Below are positions 57,895 to 64,000 of a stretch of 64,000 bases of DNA, in pieces. This DNA is from Candidatus Marinacidobacterium sp. (GTDB lineage: Bacteria; Acidobacteriota; Vicinamibacteria; Marinacidobacterales; Marinacidobacteraceae): assembly GCA_965204755.1 (NCBI GenBank), contig OZ242011.1:2656001-2720000 (forward strand), given 5' to 3'. The first letter of the stretch is position 1. Each line of letters begins with the position of its first letter. Both the position numbers and the translations under genes were made by a program. The notes under the pieces were generated by a model. That model was not told the origin of the DNA. It was given only the letters and a program-made list of their open reading frames with translations, and searched no databases.

Positions 57895-59250
57895 ATGCGC
57901 GCCCGAGACAGCGACCCCGCCGGTACGCCCATGCGCCCCGACGACGGGGGATTGCTCGCGGAGGCCCTGGCGGCGCTCGACGAGCGGAAGCGTGAACTCG
58001 ACACGTTGTCGCCGCTGACGAGCGAGATCTACGCTCCGGTGCGGCGGAGACTCCGCATTCTCGCCGACCATCATTCGAGCGCCATCGAGGGCAACACGCT
58101 GACGCTGGGAGAGACCGCCGAGTATCTGCGCAGCGGAACCCGCCCTCCGGGCAAACCGGAGAGCGAGGTCATGGAGATCCGGGGCCACGACGACGCTGTG
58201 GAGGCCGTGGAGGAAGCCCTGCGGACCGGCGAGGCGCTCACCGAGGAGTTTCTCCTTCGGCTTCATCGTGTCCTGATGTCGCCCGTCGTGAATCAGGAAG
58301 CCGCCTTTTCCGGCCTCCCGCCGCCCTCGACTCGACCGGTCGGAAGTTACAAGACTGTTCCCAACTCGGTACGGACCGCTCGCGGAGAGAGGACCTTCAC
58401 GCCTCCGGAGAAGACGCCCGAAGCCGTGCGCAATCTCTTGGCTTGGCTCACGGCGCAGCGGGAAGCGGCCCCGCACCCGGTCGCGGTGGCCGCCGGGTTC
58501 CACTGGCGGTTCGTCGAGATCCATCCATTCTACGACGGCAACGGCCGAATGGCGCGGCTGTTGATGAACCTGATCCTTCGTCAGCGCGGCTATCCGGAGG
58601 CCGTGTTCCGAGTGCAGGATCGCGATCTCTATCTCGAACATCTCGTGCAGGCGGACGCGGGAGAGATCTCGGGATTCATTCGGTTCATCGCGAACTACTG
58701 CGGTTACGCGATGGACCTGTACCTCCGCTGCGGTCGAGGAGAGTCCATCGAGGAACCCGACGACATCGACTTCGACATCGCGGACTTCGTGAGTCGCGTC
58801 CGATCGGAAGGGCGGCGAAGCGAGGTCCGGTCCGCCCGCGAGTCGGCCGAGACGCTGCTCTTCCCGTTCTATCGTCACTTCCGCTCCAAACTACGACTGA
58901 TCTTCGAGTACTTCGAGGAGAACGACTTGTCCCTTGAAGTCTCCGGAGTGCTGGACTCCGGAGAGTCCTTCAAGCGGAGTTTTCGAGATCGGCTGGATGG
59001 CGAGGATCTACCGAGCGAGTCGAGAGTCACCTTCGTGGAAGCGAGTTGGGTCGCGAAACGCGGTCTCGCCAATATCACGGTGCGCGGAGAACCCTCCTCG
59101 GGTGAGGTCGGAGCCTGGACTTGGAGATTCGGGTCGGATGGCTGGGAAACCGTGCTGACGGCCGAGGAGTCGGAGGCGGGCGCCAAGAGTCTGAAACTCC
59201 GGTTCAACGAGGAGTTGCGGCGCGTGATGAAGAAACGACTCACCGACTGA
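57895..59250 (+). CDS. Fic family protein (class II, with autoinhibitory motif)
   Basis: HPFYDGNGRMAR Fic motif; SSAIEGN inhibitory motif. Start may be 57930. Confidence 0.9.
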   Translation: MRARDSDPAGTPMRPDDGGLLAEALAALDERKRELDTLSPLTSEIYAPVRRRLRILADHHSSAIEGNTLTLGETAEYLRSGTRPPGKPESEVMEIRGHDDAVEAVEEALRTGEALTEEFLLRLHRVLMSPVVNQEAAFSGLPPPSTRPVGSYKTVPNSVRTARGERTFTPPEKTPEAVRNLLAWLTAQREAAPHPVAVAAGFHWRFVEIHPFYDGNGRMARLLMNLILRQRGYPEAVFRVQDRDLYLEHLVQADAGEISGFIRFIANYCGYAMDLYLRCGRGESIEEPDDIDFDIADFVSRVRSEGRRSEVRSARESAETLLFPFYRHFRSKLRLIFEYFEENDLSLEVSGVLDSGESFKRSFRDRLDGEDLPSESRVTFVEASWVAKRGLANITVRGEPSSGEVGAWTWRFGSDGWETVLTAEESEAGAKSLKLRFNEELRRVMKKRLTD

Positions 59251-59627
59251 GTCTGCCACCGGGAACTCCTGCGACGGACGACTTTCCGTAGATTCGTTCG
59301 ACGGTCATCGAACGGCTCTGCTCAGTCCACGCGGGGCGGAAGACGCACGGTGCCCGGGATCCGACGGCGTGGCCCTCCCCGCCCACCCCCGACCGCCCCG
59401 AGGCGGGCGGCGACGGGTCCGGCGGGGACGAAGGTTCCGGCGACCGTGAGATCCGGCGCCACGGTCGAGACCCCCGGGAAGAGGGGTGCCGCGTAGGGTT
59501 TGGGCAGGGCGTCGCGCTCGCGCCCCGCATCGGTGCTCCGGCCGAGGCGGCCGTGCCGATCCCGTTCGCAGAAGATTTCGGCCCATGGACTGATCGCCCT
59601 GTTTTCGGGCCATAATCCGCGCCGGAG

Positions 59628-62600
59628 ATGACTTCCGGCGACGGCGGACGCGGCCTGTTCATCGTCGACAACAGCATCTCCGGTTGGACCGGGCTCCGGT
59701 ATCTCGAGCAGTGGGCGGACATCGCCCGGAAATTCGATGTGGCCACGGGCTTCTTCGAGATCGGCGCCCTTCTGGCCCTCGACGGGAAGTGGCAGGGGCT
59801 CGAAAAGGTCCGCATCCTGATGGGGGCGGAGACGACCCACCGGACGCGCGGACTGCTGCGGAAGTCGGTCGAGGAGCGGGTGATCCGCGAACTCGACCGG
59901 AGCATCGAGTCGAACCGGACCGACAACCCGTTCCTCCACGGCGTTCCCGGGATCGTGGAAGGCCTCCGGAGCGGACAGATCGAGTGTCGCATCTACGACC
60001 GCGCCAAGTTCCACGCGAAGGCGTACATCACGCACGCCAAACTGGACATCATCGGCTCACAGGCATTGGTCGGTTCGAGCAACTTCACGAAGCCGGGCCT
60101 CACGCAGAACATCGAACTCAATGTCCAGATCCAGAGCGCCCGGGAGGTGGGGCAACTCCAGGAATGGTTCGAGGAGCACTGGCGGAAGGCGCGGCCGGTG
60201 ACGGACGATGTGATCCGGACGGTCGAGCGGCATGTCCGGCCGTTTTCGCCGTTCGAGATCTGGGCGAAGGCGCTTCAGGAATTCTTTCGCGGGCACGAAC
60301 TGACCGCGACCGAGTGGGACGAGGGCGAGTCGAAGATGTTCCCGCGCCTCGACCGCTACCAGAAGGAGGCCTACTGGGCGTTGATGAAGATCGCCCGCCA
60401 GCACGGCGGCGCGTTCCTGTGCGACGGCGTGGGACTCGGCAAGACCTTCGTCGGCCTGATGCTCATCGAGCGCTTGGTAGTCCACGAGCGCAAGCGCGTC
60501 GTCCTGTTCGCCCCGAAGGCCGCGCGTGAGGGGGTTTGGGACCCGCACATCGAGCGCTTTCTCGCTCACATCGGCGGTGGATCGGACTTCAGCAACCTCG
60601 CGGTCTTCAACCACACCGACCTGAGCCGCGGCGGCGAGTTCCCGGAGCGATTCGAGCGGATCGCGGAGATGGCCGATGTCGTAGTCGTGGACGAGGCCCA
60701 TCACTTTCGCAATCCCGGAAGTCCGGGAAATGCGGAAGTGTCGCGATCTCGGTACTACCGGCTCTACGACCTGCTTGATCCACGCCGCCGCCCAAAATCG
60801 GTTTTCCTGTTGACGGCGACGCCCATCAACAACCGACTCGCCGACTTTCGACACATGGCTGAACTGTTCACTCGTCGCGACGAGCGGTATTTCGGCCGGA
60901 CGCTCGGTGTCAACGACCTGCCGGCGCACTTCCGCAAGATGGAACGTGCTCTGACCGAACGAGTCGGTCACGACACCCCCGATGTATCGGAACAGTCAGT
61001 CGAAGCGATGGATGTTCTCGCCGGAGACAGAGTCTTCCGGGAACTCGTGGTACAGCGGAGCCGTGCGTACGCGAAGGAGAGTCAAGAGCGGGAGACCGGT
61101 CTCTCGGCGTCGTTCCCCAAGAGGGAGCCGCCTCAAGTGGAGCCCTACTCCATCGAGAAGACCTACGGCGGCTTGCTCGAGAAATTCGGCACATCCTTCG
61201 CGGGCTCGAACCCACTGTTCACCCTTCCGATGTACTACCCGTTGCATTGGTACATCGGACCCGACCAAGACATCGACCGAAGGGAAGAGAATCGCCAGAA
61301 GCAAGTCGTCGGGTTGATCCGCACCAACTTCCTGAAGCGGTTCGAGAGTTCCGTGACGGCGTTCGAGTTGTCCTGCGTCCGACTGATGGGCAAACTGCTG
61401 GCGTTCGTGGAGGTCCACAGCGAGGGCGACGGGGCGAAGGATCGGCTGGTCCGGTGGCGCACGAGGAACGAGGCGACGATCGAGCGGGCGACTGCCAAGC
61501 GGGACGAGTACTGGAGCGAGGAGGATGAGATCGAGGGAGACGACGACTTGGTCCTTCCCGAGATGATCGAGGAGGTCGGACGACTGAAGGCGACCGAGTA
61601 CGCCCTTTCGGAGATGCTCGACGAGACCTACGGCGACCTGGACCGGATCGTCGGGTTTCTCGAAGAGATGCAGAAACTCGATGTGAGGAGCGACGACAAA
61701 CTGCAGTCGCTCGTGCGTTTGCTTCGTTCGGACGAGAATACCGGCCGGAAGATGCTGGTCTTCACCGAATTCGCGGACACGGCGAAGTACTTGGCAGGAC
61801 ACCTGCGCGAACAGGGTGTCGAGGGAGTGGAGCAACTCGACGGATCGTCGAACAAGAACCGGGCGGAGATCATTCGGCGGTTCTCGCCCTACTACAATGG
61901 CAGTTCCGTAGCAGACTTGCGAATGACCGGCCGGAAGGAAATCCGCGTGCTGGTGTCCACGGATGTCCTGTCCGAGGGGCTCAACCTCCAGGACGCGAGC
62001 CGGATGATCAACTACGACATCCACTGGAACCCGGTCCGGCTGATGCAGCGAATCGGGCGGGTGGACCGGCGGATGGATCCGGCCATCGAGGAGAGACTTC
62101 TTCGAGACCGGCCGGAGGAGGCGTCGCAGCGGGGAACCGTCCGCTTCTGGAACTTCCTGCCGCCCGAGGAACTGAACGACCTCCTGTCCCTCTACACGAG
62201 TGTCACCCGGAAGACGCTGCTGATCTCGGCCACGCTCGGCATCGAGGGGCGGAAACTGCTGACGCCGGAGGACGACTTCGAGGCCCTGAGGGAGTTCAAC
62301 GACGCCTACGAGGGGACGAAATCCGCCGTCGAGGAGATGCATCTCGAGTACCAGGCGCTCGTCCGGGATGACCCCGGTTTGGAGCAGAGTCTCCGCGATC
62401 TGCCGGGGGGCGCGTTCAGCGGGAGGCGGCGTGTCTCGAAGGACGCCCGGGCGGTGTTCTTCTGCTACGGCCTGCCGGCCTTGGACAAGGAGAAGGGCGA
62501 GTTCACGGAGGAAGCGGGGCTGACCCGGTGGTATCTCCATGACCTGGGTCAGGGCGCGACCTTTGAGGATGCCGCCGAGATCGCGGGGAGCGTACGGTCG

Positions 62601-62756
62601 AAGCGGGACACGGAGCGCCGCTGCGAAATCCCGGAGGAGACGCTGCTGGAGGCGCGGCGAAAGATTCTCGCGCACATCCGGGACACCTATTCCAAGCGCG
62701 TGGACGCCCCGATCGGCGCCGAACCGGTCCTCCGCTGCTGGATGGAACTGAACTGA
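59628..62756 (+). CDS. PLD-like nuclease + SNF2/SF2 helicase
   Basis: FHAKAY...GSSNFT (PLD), DGVGLGKT, VDEAHHFRN, LTATP, SEGLNLQ, NPVRLMQRIGRVDR. Confidence 0.9.
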   Translation: MTSGDGGRGLFIVDNSISGWTGLRYLEQWADIARKFDVATGFFEIGALLALDGKWQGLEKVRILMGAETTHRTRGLLRKSVEERVIRELDRSIESNRTDNPFLHGVPGIVEGLRSGQIECRIYDRAKFHAKAYITHAKLDIIGSQALVGSSNFTKPGLTQNIELNVQIQSAREVGQLQEWFEEHWRKARPVTDDVIRTVERHVRPFSPFEIWAKALQEFFRGHELTATEWDEGESKMFPRLDRYQKEAYWALMKIARQHGGAFLCDGVGLGKTFVGLMLIERLVVHERKRVVLFAPKAAREGVWDPHIERFLAHIGGGSDFSNLAVFNHTDLSRGGEFPERFERIAEMADVVVVDEAHHFRNPGSPGNAEVSRSRYYRLYDLLDPRRRPKSVFLLTATPINNRLADFRHMAELFTRRDERYFGRTLGVNDLPAHFRKMERALTERVGHDTPDVSEQSVEAMDVLAGDRVFRELVVQRSRAYAKESQERETGLSASFPKREPPQVEPYSIEKTYGGLLEKFGTSFAGSNPLFTLPMYYPLHWYIGPDQDIDRREENRQKQVVGLIRTNFLKRFESSVTAFELSCVRLMGKLLAFVEVHSEGDGAKDRLVRWRTRNEATIERATAKRDEYWSEEDEIEGDDDLVLPEMIEEVGRLKATEYALSEMLDETYGDLDRIVGFLEEMQKLDVRSDDKLQSLVRLLRSDENTGRKMLVFTEFADTAKYLAGHLREQGVEGVEQLDGSSNKNRAEIIRRFSPYYNGSSVADLRMTGRKEIRVLVSTDVLSEGLNLQDASRMINYDIHWNPVRLMQRIGRVDRRMDPAIEERLLRDRPEEASQRGTVRFWNFLPPEELNDLLSLYTSVTRKTLLISATLGIEGRKLLTPEDDFEALREFNDAYEGTKSAVEEMHLEYQALVRDDPGLEQSLRDLPGGAFSGRRRVSKDARAVFFCYGLPALDKEKGEFTEEAGLTRWYLHDLGQGATFEDAAEIAGSVRSKRDTERRCEIPEETLLEARRKILAHIRDTYSKRVDAPIGAEPVLRCWMELN

Positions 62757-62769
62757 CCGGGGCAGGACG

Positions 62770-64000
62770 ATGGGCACGGTGGAGCGAGAGGAGTTGGCCT
62801 CGATCCGGGACTTCGAGGCACTGACGGAGTATCTCAAGGAGAAACTGGACTGGCCGATCTCGGAGCGCCACGAAGAAGTCTTCTTCGAGTACTCGCCCGA
62901 GGAACTGGGCATCCGCGACGACCATCGCGTGGACATCGAAAAGATCCACCGCGCGAGCATCGAGAAGATTCGCCGCCTGCGGTCCCCGATTCCGAACTCG
63001 CCGTGGGGGATCTTCTTCGTCGAATTCGCGAAGAAGCGGCTTCCGGTGGTCGCGCTTCGGCGAATTCTCAGCCGGGTGACGATCAAGAAGCGAACCGCCA
63101 CCGGCAGCGCCGACCTGCCTTCGTGGCGCTTGGGAGACCTGCTGTTCATTTCCTTCTCCGGAGCCGACAACGACCGTGCGATCAATTTCGCCCACTTCAC
63201 CGAGGCTGCGAGGAGCCGCGTGCCCACGCTCAGAGTCCTCGGCTGGGACGGGAAGGACGCGAATCTCCATCTCGACCATGTGGCGGAGGAACTGAAGACC
63301 CATCTGAAGTGGCCGGAAGACGGGGAGGATGTGGAGTCGTGGAGGAGCCAGTGGCGGGCGGCCTTCACGGTCGCCCACAAAGAACCGATCAAGACCGCCG
63401 GGGCATTGTCGTCCCGCCTCGCCGTGCTGGCGCGGGGCATACGGGAGCGCGTCGGAGCCGTACTCGACATCGAAAACGAGGACGGCTGGGTGACGAAGTT
63501 GATGGGGTCGTTCGAGAAGACCCTCCTTCAGGGCCTGACGAAGCGCGCGTTCGCGGACATGTACGCGCAGACGGTGGCGTACGGACTCCTTTCCGCCCGT
63601 ATCACGGATCCCGCCGCAGCAGCCAAGAACAGCCTCGCCCGGTACCTGCGGACGAATCCGCTTCTTCGGGACATGCTGAAGGCTTTCTTGGCAGGAGAAC
63701 CGGGAAGTGCCGCGACGGAGGCGTCGAGGGACATCGACTTCGACGAGTTGGCGGTTTCGGAGGTCGTGGAACTGCTCGACTCCGCGAACATGGACGCGGT
63801 GCTGCGTGACTTTCGCAGACGCTCGGAGAACGAGGATCCGGTCGTCCACTTCTACGAGTCCTTCCTGCAAATGTACGATCCGGAAATGCGGACGGAACGC
63901 GGCGTCTTCTACACGCCGCGGCCGGTCGTGCGATACATCGTGCGCTCCGTAGACGCCCTGCTCCGGTCCGAGTTCGGCTTGGAGGACGGCCTCGCGGACA
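62770..64000 (+). CDS. N6-adenine DNA methyltransferase / type ISP- or IIG-like restriction-modification enzyme (3' end outside window)
   Basis: Manual translation from ATG 62770: MGTVEREELASIRDF...FADMYAQTVAYGL...DPVVHFYESFLQMYDPEMRTERGVFYTPRPVVRYIVRSVD. Confidence 0.82.
   Translation, partial: MGTVEREELASIRDFEALTEYLKEKLDWPISERHEEVFFEYSPEELGIRDDHRVDIEKIHRASIEKIRRLRSPIPNSPWGIFFVEFAKKRLPVVALRRILSRVTIKKRTATGSADLPSWRLGDLLFISFSGADNDRAINFAHFTEAARSRVPTLRVLGWDGKDANLHLDHVAEELKTHLKWPEDGEDVESWRSQWRAAFTVAHKEPIKTAGALSSRLAVLARGIRERVGAVLDIENEDGWVTKLMGSFEKTLLQGLTKRAFADMYAQTVAYGLLSARITDPAAAAKNSLARYLRTNPLLRDMLKAFLAGEPGSAATEASRDIDFDELAVSEVVELLDSANMDAVLRDFRRRSENEDPVVHFYESFLQMYDPEMRTERGVFYTPRPVVRYIVRSVDALLRSEFGLEDGLAD

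Noticed and set aside
59251-59627. Small CDS or IS remnant between fic and the helicase
   Set aside because: No convincing ORF, terminal inverted repeats or transposase motif.

Overview
Very GC-rich bacterial chromosomal segment, probably Acidobacteriota. This is inferred from three Oar-type TonB-dependent receptors, an ASPIC/UnbV (CRTAC1-like) + TPR pair and a multiheme-TPR protein. The backbone encodes many exported catabolic enzymes: amidase, two amidohydrolases, class V aminotransferase, D-amino-acid oxidase, RidA, M14 peptidase and FAH-family proteins. Conflict genes are scattered among them. The main highlight is a tightly coupled 7-gene operon at 7817-16040: cysteine desulfurase (DndA/IscS), DndC, DUF262/DUF1524 (SspE/GmrSD-like) nuclease, SNF2 helicase, ParB-like protein, ParB-HTH-only protein and a beta-CASP metallo-beta-lactamase nuclease. 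It has no dndB/D/E, dndFGH or sspBCD in the window, so it is a candidate non-canonical DNA phosphorothioation defence system. Other points: five paralogous AAA ATPases (three in tandem, two sharing a ~99% identical 603-bp 3' half, one frameshifted next to a truncated sigma-70 gene); an AbiEii-type TA pair; a vapB with an internally deleted vapC; a candidate structured RNA behind a consensus sigma-70 promoter; apparent absence of AGCT and scarcity of ACGT; and a Fic / PLD-SNF2 / N6-MTase restriction-modification locus running off the right end. No tRNA, rRNA, CRISPR array, integrase or transposase was recognised. All calls come from motif reading only; no database searches were run.
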